Shown here in pieces: positions 39,174 through 47,601 of a stretch of DNA of 64,000 bases (position 1 is the stretch's first letter; each line of letters opens with the position of its first letter). Location: NCBI GenBank assembly GCA_965261595.1, contig CBDHDG010000003.1, positions 160,001 to 224,000 of the forward strand, in the 5' to 3' direction. A program made the translations under genes and the position numbers. The notes beneath the pieces were generated by a model. It had not been told where the DNA came from. It did no database searches and saw only the letters and a program-made list of their open reading frames with translations. This DNA is from a bacterium. GTDB lineage: Bacteria; UBA8248; JACPRG01; G963555815.

Positions 39174-39397
39174 TTTTGGCTTTCGGGGGGGGAAGGCTCC
39201 CTCGCGCGCCAGGGACGTGGTGGTCAGGGCAAGGTCCTTCACCCCCAGCCTGACCGGCGTGCAAGCGCCCCTTTTGGCTTTCGGGGGAAGTCCAGTTTCC
39301 ATGCGCCAAAGACGTTGTAATGAGCACAACAAGCTTCACCCGCTACTTGGCTGGCACGCAAGTGCCTCACCCGCAGCCTGGCCGGCGTGCAAGCGCC
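39174..39397 (+). repeat. Tandem ~96-nt structured repeat (two full units plus a partial third); candidate ncRNA
   Basis: TTTTGGCTTTCGGGGG at 39174 and 39272. CACCC...GG(CGT/CAC)GCAA(GCG/GTG)CC hairpins at 39256, 39353 and 39384. Confidence 0.7.
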
Positions 39398-39402
39398 TGA
39401 CG

Positions 39403-41598
39403 TTAGCCGGACAGTTCGACCTCAAAGAGCGCCGGCGCTCCCTTTTCGGCGATCTCGATGGCGTGCTGTCGGCCGCAGCCGGGGCAGTAGTACGCGCGAA
39501 GCTCGAGATCCTCGTGGATGGAGATCAGCGGCCCCGCCTCTTTCGGGCCGAGCCGGACGCTGCGCGCTCCCTCCTTCCAGTTGGACCCGTTGTTGGAAAG
39601 GATTTGGCCGCATTCACATACGCTCTTCAGTCCCTTCCCGTTTCGGACGATCCGGATGAACTCCCCCAACGATCCCATTTGCCGGTCTTCGGAGGTGTTT
39701 GTCATCTTTCGGGAGTGTTTGCCCTGGGTGAATTTGCCCTGTGCGAACGGCGGGCGCGCCAGCCGCTTATGCCGGAGCCGGTCCCTGCGCGCTCGCGTCG
39801 CGTTAGCCCGGACCCGGCCCGTCCGGGAGTCGAGGGCGACGCCGTAGATCCCCCGGGCCGCCTCGCGGGAGACGAGGCCGTCCCCCACGTCCTTGGCCAC
39901 CTCGTCCGGATTCCGGTCGATGGGATCTCCGTATCCGCCTCCCCCCTGCCAGGAGTTCTCGAAGACGTCCCCCCGGTGGAGCGCGACCCGGCCCGGCTTG
40001 GCCCCCAGATCGATCCACTTTCCGCTCAGTTGCTTCATGTCGGCCGGGGTTCGAGAGCGCTGGAACCATTCCTTCACGTCGGTGTCCCGAATCAGCGTGT
40101 TGACGGTGCACGACGCCGGCAGCCCGCCGTAGAGGCCTTGCGCGTTGGGGACTTTGACCCCGTGGGAGACCAGGACCCCCGAGAGGTCGTCCACGTCGTG
40201 GACCGTAAAGGCCAGTCCGCAGGATATGCCGCCCCGGTGTCTGCCGGGCCCCCCCGTGTCGCGAATCAGTTTTCGGTAAAGGTACAGGATGGGCGTTACG
40301 TTCTCCGTCGTCTCGACGTTGGCGATGTTGGGCACGGGAATGGGGTGGCTGCCCGACGCGTGGAGGCCGTCCTTGTACGAAAACGCCCCCCCGCCTCCCG
40401 CGAGGCTATCCAGGAGCATCGTCCCGAACGGCTCTCCGTACTGGTTCAGGCCGCCCAGGTTGAAGATGGAAATGGCCCCCCGGGTGTTCGCCTGGAGATG
40501 GGGACGGTGGGCGGGGTCGGCGCCCATCATCCTGGAGAGCGCCAGCGTGCAGGCCCCGTTGACCGCGTACATGACGCCGCACGTGGCCATGCTGACCGGC
40601 CCCGGAGGCCGCGCGTTGCAGATCTTCCCCTCGGGCGCTTCGATTCGCACCGGCCGCAAAAGCCCTTCCGTCCAGGGGATGTCGTAGGCGACGACGGTGA
40701 ACAGGGCGGTGCACACCGCCCCCATCAGTCCCGAGCGGGTGCAGTTGATGAAGCCGGGGGCCTGGTCCGAGGACTCGCCGAAATCGAAGATGAGCCGGTC
40801 CCGCTTTTTTGTCATCGAGAGCGCGACCTTGTACGTGCGGTCCTCGTGGCCGTCGTGGTCGAGGAAATCGACCGCCCGGTAGACGCCGTCCGGAAGGCGG
40901 CGGAGGCGGGCCCTCAGCTTCCGCTCGGAAAGGCGGATCAGGCCCTCCATGGCGGAAAGGGCCGTTTCGCGCCCGTAGCGCTCGATGAGACCGATGAGGC
41001 GCGTCTTCGCGGTGTTGTTGGCGGCCGTCATCGCCCGGAGGTCCAGCCCCAGCAGGAAGGGCAGGCGCGTCATGCTCAGGATGGTGTTCCAGACGTCCTG
41101 GCGGACCTCGCCCGCCTCGATGAGCTTCAGGGGCGGCAGGTTCATGGACTCCTGCACGCGCTCCGTCGCGCGCGGACACCAGCTCCCCACGTCCATCCCG
41201 CCCATATCGAGCTGGTGGGCGACCGTGCCGACCCAGGCCACGCGCTCGCCCTCGAAGAATACCGGCGCCGCCAGGGAGACGTCCGAGCCGTGGAGGGCGC
41301 CCTTGTAGGGGTCGTTGCAGATGAACATGTCCCCGTCGCCGATGCCGGGGCGCTCCTCGCAGTCGGAGATGATCGAGCGGATGACGTTGGCCATGGCCCC
41401 GGTCTGCCAGATCATCTGGCGGCCCAGCGTGACAATGGCGCCGTCGGAGAGATACAGGCCCGTGTTGAAATCGTTGGCCTCGGTGACGACGGGCGAGCCC
41501 GAAACCTTTTTCAGCGTGTTCGACTGCTCCCAGGTGATGGAGAGCAGCTTGTGCTTGATGACCTCGAACAGGATGGGATCGATCTTGTTCTTCGCCAC
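39403..41598 (-). CDS. Hydantoinase B/oxoprolinase protein with a C-terminal acetone carboxylase gamma-like Cys domain
   Basis: CNDPYKGALH, HQLDMGG, DTGGPGRHRGG and GGGGYGDP motifs, then CECGQ...YYCPGCG. Confidence 0.88.
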   Translation of the reverse strand: MAKNKIDPILFEVIKHKLLSITWEQSNTLKKVSGSPVVTEANDFNTGLYLSDGAIVTLGRQMIWQTGAMANVIRSIISDCEERPGIGDGDMFICNDPYKGALHGSDVSLAAPVFFEGERVAWVGTVAHQLDMGGMDVGSWCPRATERVQESMNLPPLKLIEAGEVRQDVWNTILSMTRLPFLLGLDLRAMTAANNTAKTRLIGLIERYGRETALSAMEGLIRLSERKLRARLRRLPDGVYRAVDFLDHDGHEDRTYKVALSMTKKRDRLIFDFGESSDQAPGFINCTRSGLMGAVCTALFTVVAYDIPWTEGLLRPVRIEAPEGKICNARPPGPVSMATCGVMYAVNGACTLALSRMMGADPAHRPHLQANTRGAISIFNLGGLNQYGEPFGTMLLDSLAGGGGAFSYKDGLHASGSHPIPVPNIANVETTENVTPILYLYRKLIRDTGGPGRHRGGISCGLAFTVHDVDDLSGVLVSHGVKVPNAQGLYGGLPASCTVNTLIRDTDVKEWFQRSRTPADMKQLSGKWIDLGAKPGRVALHRGDVFENSWQGGGGYGDPIDRNPDEVAKDVGDGLVSREAARGIYGVALDSRTGRVRANATRARRDRLRHKRLARPPFAQGKFTQGKHSRKMTNTSEDRQMGSLGEFIRIVRNGKGLKSVCECGQILSNNGSNWKEGARSVRLGPKEAGPLISIHEDLELRAYYCPGCGRQHAIEIAEKGAPALFEVELSG

Positions 41599-41615
41599 GC
41601 GCCGCGTCCTTCCTC

Positions 41616-43802
41616 TCAGGGTTCAATTCGGACGTTGAGATACGGGTCGACGGCCGCCCGCTGGCCGGGCTCGATGAGGACCGTCGTCCCCGCGTACTCC
41701 AAAACGGCCGGCCCCTGGATTTCCCGGCCGGGAGAAAGGTCCGCCCCCCGGTGGAACTTTGTCGGCAGCGTTCCGCCGGCCTCGTAGAAATAAACGTCTC
41801 GCGTCGCGTGCGGCTTCGCGCGTTTTCCCGCGGACTTCCGGCGGGGCCGGAGCCTCGGCTTCACCTTCCGGCCGATGGCCTCGATCCGAAACGTCGTCAC
41901 CTCCAGGCCGGCTTCGCGGTATTGGGATCCCCGGCCGTAGCGCGCCTCGTACTCCGCCTCGAACCGTTCGACGAGCAGATCGACCCGGGAGCGGGAGAAG
42001 CGTCCGTCCGGGGCCGGAACGGGGACCTCGTGCGTCTGGCGGCGGTAGCGCATGTGGACGTAGCGCTGGAACGCCATGTCCCGCTTCGCCACGCCGTTTC
42101 TCGCCAGGGCCGTTCGGCCTTGCTCCTCCAGCGTCTTGAATACGCTCTCGATCTCACGCGCTTCCAGGTGGTCGGAGGCGGTGCCGGAGAGGGGGGGCGT
42201 CCGCATGAGTCGGGAGAGAACAAAAGAGTATTGGATGTCCGAGGCCACCGCGCCGAAGGCCGAGTGCGAGCCCGCGGTGAGCGGGATGACGATCCGCGAC
42301 AGGCGCAGCTCCTTTCCAAAAGAGGCGCAGTGCATCGGCCCCGCCCCCCCGTAGGCGTACAACACGAAGTCCTGCGGATCATATCCCCGCTCCAGGGTGA
42401 CGCGGCGGATCAAATCGGCCATGCGCTGATCGATGATTTGGCGGATCCCCGCCGCCGCCTCGAGGACCGGGATGTCCAGGGGCTTCGCCACCCGCGCCTC
42501 GATGGCCCGGCGCGCCCGTTCCGGGTCCAGGTGAATCCGGCCCCCCAGGAAAAAGGCGGGATCGATGATCCCGAGGACCACGTCGGCGTCGGTGACCGTG
42601 GGCTCCGTCCCGCCCCGGCCGTAGCAGACGGGTCCGGGCGCCGCGCCCGCGCTGTCGGGGCCGACCGTGAGATTGCCGTCCTCCACGCGGGCGATGCTTC
42701 CGCCGCCGGCCCCGATGGTCTCGATGGCCATCATCGGGACGAGGGTGTGATATTTATCGTGGACGGCCCCTTCCGCCTTCAAGGGCCGGCCGCCGACGAT
42801 CAGGCCCACATCAAAGCTTGTTCCGCCCATGTCGGCCGTGATGATGTCATCGTGACCCAGGGTTTCCCCCAGCGTCCGGCAGCCGATGACCCCGCCGGCG
42901 GGACCGGACATGAGGAGGGTGAGGGCGTTGTCGGAGGCTTCCCCGGCCGAGATCACCCCGCCGGCGGAGTGCAGAATCAGGGGGGAGGTCCCGAGGCCGG
43001 CCTCTTTCAATCTCGTCTCCAGCCCCCGGAAATAGTCCCGGACGATGGGCCCCAGGTATCCGTTGAGGACCGTCGATGCCGTCCGCTCATACTCGCCGAG
43101 GATGGGAAAGTGGTCGCTGGATGTCGTGACGTAGACCCCGCGGGCTTCCGCCAGGCCCCGGACCGCCCGCTCGTGGACCGGGTTGAGAAATGACCAGAGG
43201 AAGCAGACGGCGATGGCGTCCGCGCCCGCTTCGATGAGCCCCGCGACCGCCTCCTCGGCTTCATTCCGGTTCAGCGCGACGACGACCTCGCCCTTGTAAT
43301 CGACGCGCTCGCTCACCTCGCGGATGAGGGCCGGCGGGACGAGAGGGTCCGGGTAGGCCCGCAGCGTGTAATCGGCCAGCTCCTCTTCGGTCAGCCCCGC
43401 CGTCATGCCCAGTGAGCGTTGGATGAGGAGGGTGTCCTTGAAGCCGCGGGTGGTGATGAGACCCAGGCGGGCGCCCCGGCGTTGAAGGAGGGCGTTGGTC
43501 GCAATCGTGGTGCCGTGACCGAAATAGACCGTCTTTTCCAGAAAATTCCGCGCGCTTTCCCCGTGGTCCGCCGCCGCCAGCGCGATCCCTTCCAGGACCC
43601 CGCCGAGCAGGTCATCGAGTGTGGAGGGGGTCTTGTAGGTGGAGACCCGGCCCCGTTCGTCGAGGAGGCAAATGTCTGTGAAGGTGCCTCCGATGTCTAC
43701 GCCCAGCAGGAGGCTTCCGGCCTTTCCGGCGCGGCCTTTCCCGGGGCGGCGTCCGGCGCCGTTGTCACGGATTCGGGTTTTCGAGGACCTTCCCTGTCTC
43801 AT
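41616..43802 (-). CDS. Hydantoinase A/oxoprolinase family protein
   Basis: GVDIGGTFTD, HGTTIATN, SGPAGG, DMGGTSFD, IGAGGGS and YGGAGPMH motifs. Confidence 0.93.
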   Translation of the reverse strand: MRQGRSSKTRIRDNGAGRRPGKGRAGKAGSLLLGVDIGGTFTDICLLDERGRVSTYKTPSTLDDLLGGVLEGIALAAADHGESARNFLEKTVYFGHGTTIATNALLQRRGARLGLITTRGFKDTLLIQRSLGMTAGLTEEELADYTLRAYPDPLVPPALIREVSERVDYKGEVVVALNRNEAEEAVAGLIEAGADAIAVCFLWSFLNPVHERAVRGLAEARGVYVTTSSDHFPILGEYERTASTVLNGYLGPIVRDYFRGLETRLKEAGLGTSPLILHSAGGVISAGEASDNALTLLMSGPAGGVIGCRTLGETLGHDDIITADMGGTSFDVGLIVGGRPLKAEGAVHDKYHTLVPMMAIETIGAGGGSIARVEDGNLTVGPDSAGAAPGPVCYGRGGTEPTVTDADVVLGIIDPAFFLGGRIHLDPERARRAIEARVAKPLDIPVLEAAAGIRQIIDQRMADLIRRVTLERGYDPQDFVLYAYGGAGPMHCASFGKELRLSRIVIPLTAGSHSAFGAVASDIQYSFVLSRLMRTPPLSGTASDHLEAREIESVFKTLEEQGRTALARNGVAKRDMAFQRYVHMRYRRQTHEVPVPAPDGRFSRSRVDLLVERFEAEYEARYGRGSQYREAGLEVTTFRIEAIGRKVKPRLRPRRKSAGKRAKPHATRDVYFYEAGGTLPTKFHRGADLSPGREIQGPAVLEYAGTTVLIEPGQRAAVDPYLNVRIEP

Positions 43803-43887
43803 CGGAAACTGCCTTCATCAGGGGGTGAGGATATTCCGGGCCAAGCTCATTGGTTCCATTTTCGGTTGACAAAGATCGTTCGGTGGC

Positions 43888-45045
43888 ATGAAAATCGACA
43901 AATCAACGATGGAAAGTTCCCCGAACGTGCGCGCCGTCCTGGAGCGGCGCCTTGAACGAGTTTGGAGTGCGTGCAAAATGTATGAGCTCCTTGACCTGAT
44001 GCCGGGCGCGCGAAACTGTGTGCGAGATTACGCGTTTATCGAGCGGGGGCACAAGGTCCTCATCTGGACCGACCGGACGGGAGAGGTGGATGACCGGGTC
44101 GTCCAGGCCATCGCGATGGCCTGTGAAGAGGTCGGGGCGGAGACGCATCTGCTTTCCTCTCACGCCGGGATCAACCGCCTGCGCGAACCCATCTCTCCGC
44201 TGGTGCTGTCGGCCATGGAATCGGCGGACGTGCTCATCACGGCCTTGGCGCTTGATAACGCCGCCATTGTGGACAATCTTCATTTCTCGTATTTTCTCAA
44301 ACGGACCGGCAAGCGATGTGTCTCCCTGATCTGCCCCACGCCGGCCCTGCTGGCCTCCGCTTGGGCCCGCTTTCCCGGAGAGCTTGTCTGGGCGATTTAC
44401 GAGAAGACCGCCGAGCGGGCCAGGCGGGGGAAGGATGACATGTTTCATCTGACCCACCCCAACGGGACCGACCTCCGGGGGAGGCTGCCCTTTGTGATGG
44501 GTTTTTCCGAGAAACAGGCGCCCCGGGGATGGATGTTTTTCCCGGCCGGGGACATGGCCGAGCATCCGGAATCCCCCGTGAACGGGACCGTGGTGTTCGA
44601 GCACATCGAGGGGTACGCGGGACGGCTGCGCGAACCCCTCCGGCTCACAGTCGAGGATCACTGGGTGACCCGCGTCGAGGGCGGGGACGAGGCCCGGTGG
44701 CTCGATGACCTCATGAACCGCTACGAGAAGGGGAGGTATTTCTCGGAGATCGCCATCGGGACGCATCCGAAGGCGCCCGTGGCGGAAGGGCTCCAGTGCC
44801 GCGCGCCCGACACCATCTTGTTCCGTCACGCGGGAAGCTTTCACGCCGCCGTGGGGCACTGGCCCTGGTTGCCCGAGGCGGACAGCCGCCTTCACTGGGA
44901 CGGCGGCGGAATGAAGCCCTCGTTCAGCGTCGGCGGCGAGGCCCTTATCGATTCGGGCCGGCTCCTGACGTTGGAAGATCCGGCCATCGTAGAGCTGGCC
45001 TCCAAGTTCGGCGATCCGGCCGAGCTTCTTTCAGAGGTGTGGTAG
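43888..45045 (+). CDS. M29 aminopeptidase-fold protein (NicX/leucyl aminopeptidase-like); true start may be 43909
   Basis: THPNGTDL, FPAGD, NGTVVF, VEGGDEA, EIAIGTHP, HAAVG, HWDG and IDSGRL match the M29/NicX pattern. Confidence 0.6.
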   Translation: MKIDKSTMESSPNVRAVLERRLERVWSACKMYELLDLMPGARNCVRDYAFIERGHKVLIWTDRTGEVDDRVVQAIAMACEEVGAETHLLSSHAGINRLREPISPLVLSAMESADVLITALALDNAAIVDNLHFSYFLKRTGKRCVSLICPTPALLASAWARFPGELVWAIYEKTAERARRGKDDMFHLTHPNGTDLRGRLPFVMGFSEKQAPRGWMFFPAGDMAEHPESPVNGTVVFEHIEGYAGRLREPLRLTVEDHWVTRVEGGDEARWLDDLMNRYEKGRYFSEIAIGTHPKAPVAEGLQCRAPDTILFRHAGSFHAAVGHWPWLPEADSRLHWDGGGMKPSFSVGGEALIDSGRLLTLEDPAIVELASKFGDPAELLSEVW

Positions 45046-45130
45046 TGGACGTATCTGTTTGGTCGGGCGGTCCGGACAGTCGGGCTGGCTGAAGGTGTTT
45101 TCAACCGGGATCGTAAAGGAGCGTAGACCC

Positions 45131-46114
45131 ATGAGAAGACTCACCACCGGGATTTTGGCGTTGGCAGCGACGTTTCTGCTCGGGTTCGGCGGAACCGCGG
45201 GATGGGCGGCGGAGGAAATAACCGCCGTGGCGAACCCCTCTTTGACCCAGACCGCGTTTCACAACTTGCCCCGTTTCGCGGCCAAGCATGGGGTCAAGCT
45301 CAAGATTCGGCGCATGGGCTCTTACACCCAGATGCAACAGGCGGTCGAGACGGCCGCGGCGGATCTGGCCGCCATCGGTTATGTGAACCTGGTCCACATG
45401 GCCGCCGCGGGCGGCGCCCCCAAGGCCCAGGCGGTGAGCGGCATCTTCGTCGGCGGCCAGAATGTGGTCTTTCGCAAGGGTGTGAAGATCACCAAGTGGA
45501 AGGACGTCGAGGGGAAGACCATCGGCCGCATCCCCGGCTCGTACGCGGAATTCCTGTTCAGGGTCGCGGTGAAGCACAACGGCGCGGATCTGTCGAAGGT
45601 GAAGTTCAAGGACTTCGGATTTTCTTACGCGACGATGAACCTCGCCCTGAAGAAAAAGGTCGTGGACGCCCTGATCATCTGGTCGCCCGGCATGGACATG
45701 CCGGTGGTCGAGGGACACGGTTATTTCCCGCCCATCAGCGTTGAGGACACGCCGGTGGGGAACGTGAACGGGCTGATGGCGATGAACACCGCCTTCATGA
45801 AGAAGAACCCGGGCATCGCGAACAAGATCGTAAAGGCTTTTACGGAGTCCACGCGGTATTACGCCTCGAACCCGAAGGCGATGATCCAGGGCGCCCGCGA
45901 CCTCACGGGCGCAAGCATGGAAATCCTCGAGGAAGGCATGAAGCATGCCAGCCTGGAGAACAGGATGTTCGTGAAAAGCGCGAAGACCCTTGCCAACCTC
46001 GCGTTCGAGGGCGGGATCGTCAAGAAAAACGCCGCAAGCGCCGTTGGCGGATGGATGAATTATCAGTTTCTGATGAATGCGACGGGAAAGAGCAAGGCAG
46101 ACCTGGGCGGCTGA
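45131..46114 (+). CDS. ABC substrate-binding protein, SsuA/NitT/TauA family
   Basis: Signal peptide, WKDVEGKTIG and VDALIIWSP motifs. Confidence 0.8.
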   Translation: MRRLTTGILALAATFLLGFGGTAGWAAEEITAVANPSLTQTAFHNLPRFAAKHGVKLKIRRMGSYTQMQQAVETAAADLAAIGYVNLVHMAAAGGAPKAQAVSGIFVGGQNVVFRKGVKITKWKDVEGKTIGRIPGSYAEFLFRVAVKHNGADLSKVKFKDFGFSYATMNLALKKKVVDALIIWSPGMDMPVVEGHGYFPPISVEDTPVGNVNGLMAMNTAFMKKNPGIANKIVKAFTESTRYYASNPKAMIQGARDLTGASMEILEEGMKHASLENRMFVKSAKTLANLAFEGGIVKKNAASAVGGWMNYQFLMNATGKSKADLGG

Positions 46115-46462
46115 GAAAGAGGCCTGGGAGCTCCGGCGCGCGCCTCGTTGCGCCGGCGCCGGAGTTTCCCCGCTCTCCCGTTTCATGAGGTGGAAGGCCT
46201 AGGCGAGGTGGTCTCGGCTTTCGCGTGAATGGCGGCCCGGCTCGAAGACCGGCGAAGCGGCGGTCCTTGACAGGTGCAAAATTCAAAGGCGGATGGTATA
46301 AAGGAGCCGCAGACAGCCATTCAAAGGGTAAGGGGCTTCTCTTGCGACTGCGGTAAGGGGTCCTCTTTCGAGGAGTTTCCCGATTTGCCGAAGCCGGAGC
46401 GAGCGGGGTCTGTCTCGCCGTGATTGGATGACGGCGCGTCCAACCTGAAGGGAGAGAGAACG

Positions 46463-47482
46463 GTGAAAGCTCGAAAAGCGTTTTATGGGTTGTGCGGCGT
46501 CCTAATGGCGGCCTGGATGGCCGGTGCGGGCGTCCCTGATGCCCTGGCCGCCAAGACGGTGAAGGCCGGGCTGTTTCCCTTCGGTCCGGGCCGGATGGTC
46601 GATCAATACATTATGGACAACGGAATTCACAAAAAGTGGGGCGCGAAGGTCGGTGTGCAGTTCAAGATCACACACCCCCGGGACGATTTCGCGGCTTTCA
46701 TGGGCAAGTCCGTCGATATCGTCAGTCTCAGCACCTTGGAAATCTCCCGGCTGGTCGGTGACGAAGGCCACGACATCGTGATGTACGGCAAGCAGGTGGA
46801 CGCCTTCATAGACATGTACGTCCGCACGGGTTCCTCGTACAGGAGCCCGGCCGATCTCAAAGGCAAGAAGATTGTCCATCCCGGGTGGGACACCGGCACC
46901 GCGCAGATGGCCACCGTTCTGCTCAAGGAGTGGTACGGGCTGGACATGAAGAAGGATTTCAGGGTGGTGACCGCCCCCTGGCCCGTGGGCCCTCAACTCC
47001 TCGCCAAAGGGGACGTGGAGATGTCCTTGAACCTGATCCCCCTTTCGATGAAGCTGTGGAGGAGCGGCAAGATCCGTCCGGTCCTGGCCACGTACGCCAC
47101 CGAGTGGGCCAAGAGGCGGGGCACGAAGCATCACCTCGCCATCTCCGCCTTCACGGGCTGGGGGAAATGGGTGAGAGGGAATCAGCGGGTCGCCAGGGCG
47201 TGGCTCGGGGCGTATTCCGAGGGGATGAAGTACGCCCACGAGAATCTCCTGCCCTGGGCGAGGAAGTACAGGGACTTCATCACGAAGAACGCCACGGACG
47301 CCCAGGTCGAATGGTTCGCGAAGTGGATGGGCAAGTACGGGTCGGTCTACAAGGACGCCCATATCGACCAGACGTACGTCGAGGAAGAACTGGCCTTTTT
47401 GAAAATGGCCCTCAAGGCCGGTTTCGTGAAGCCCGCCGGACTGAACAGGAAAATGTGGATGATACTCAAACCGCTGATGTAA
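46463..47482 (+). CDS. ABC substrate-binding protein, NMT1/SsuA-like
   Basis: Signal peptide ending in ALA, SPADLKGKKI motif, GTG start after GGGAGAG. Confidence 0.75.
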   Translation: MKARKAFYGLCGVLMAAWMAGAGVPDALAAKTVKAGLFPFGPGRMVDQYIMDNGIHKKWGAKVGVQFKITHPRDDFAAFMGKSVDIVSLSTLEISRLVGDEGHDIVMYGKQVDAFIDMYVRTGSSYRSPADLKGKKIVHPGWDTGTAQMATVLLKEWYGLDMKKDFRVVTAPWPVGPQLLAKGDVEMSLNLIPLSMKLWRSGKIRPVLATYATEWAKRRGTKHHLAISAFTGWGKWVRGNQRVARAWLGAYSEGMKYAHENLLPWARKYRDFITKNATDAQVEWFAKWMGKYGSVYKDAHIDQTYVEEELAFLKMALKAGFVKPAGLNRKMWMILKPLM

Positions 47483-47601
47483 CTGAGGATTGAAGCCGGC
47501 CTCGCCGAAGTGGGGCGGCCTCGATCAGCGGGGTGATATTCTGTGCTTTGCAAGGCCCGGGGAAACCCTTCTCCCCGGGCCTTGAATTTTGTGAGTCGGC
47601 C

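Noticed and set aside
39174..39397. CRISPR array interpretation of the repeats
   Set aside because: Repeats are degenerate and split, there are only two to three units, the inner segments share conserved sequence, and no cas genes are present.
39169..41787. Long antisense ORFs (for example 39169-41787 +, 36072-38192 +, 12960-14822 +, 6026-7699 -, 62275-63927 -)
   Set aside because: They are shadows of well-supported genes on the opposite strand, expected at high GC, and carry no recognisable motifs.
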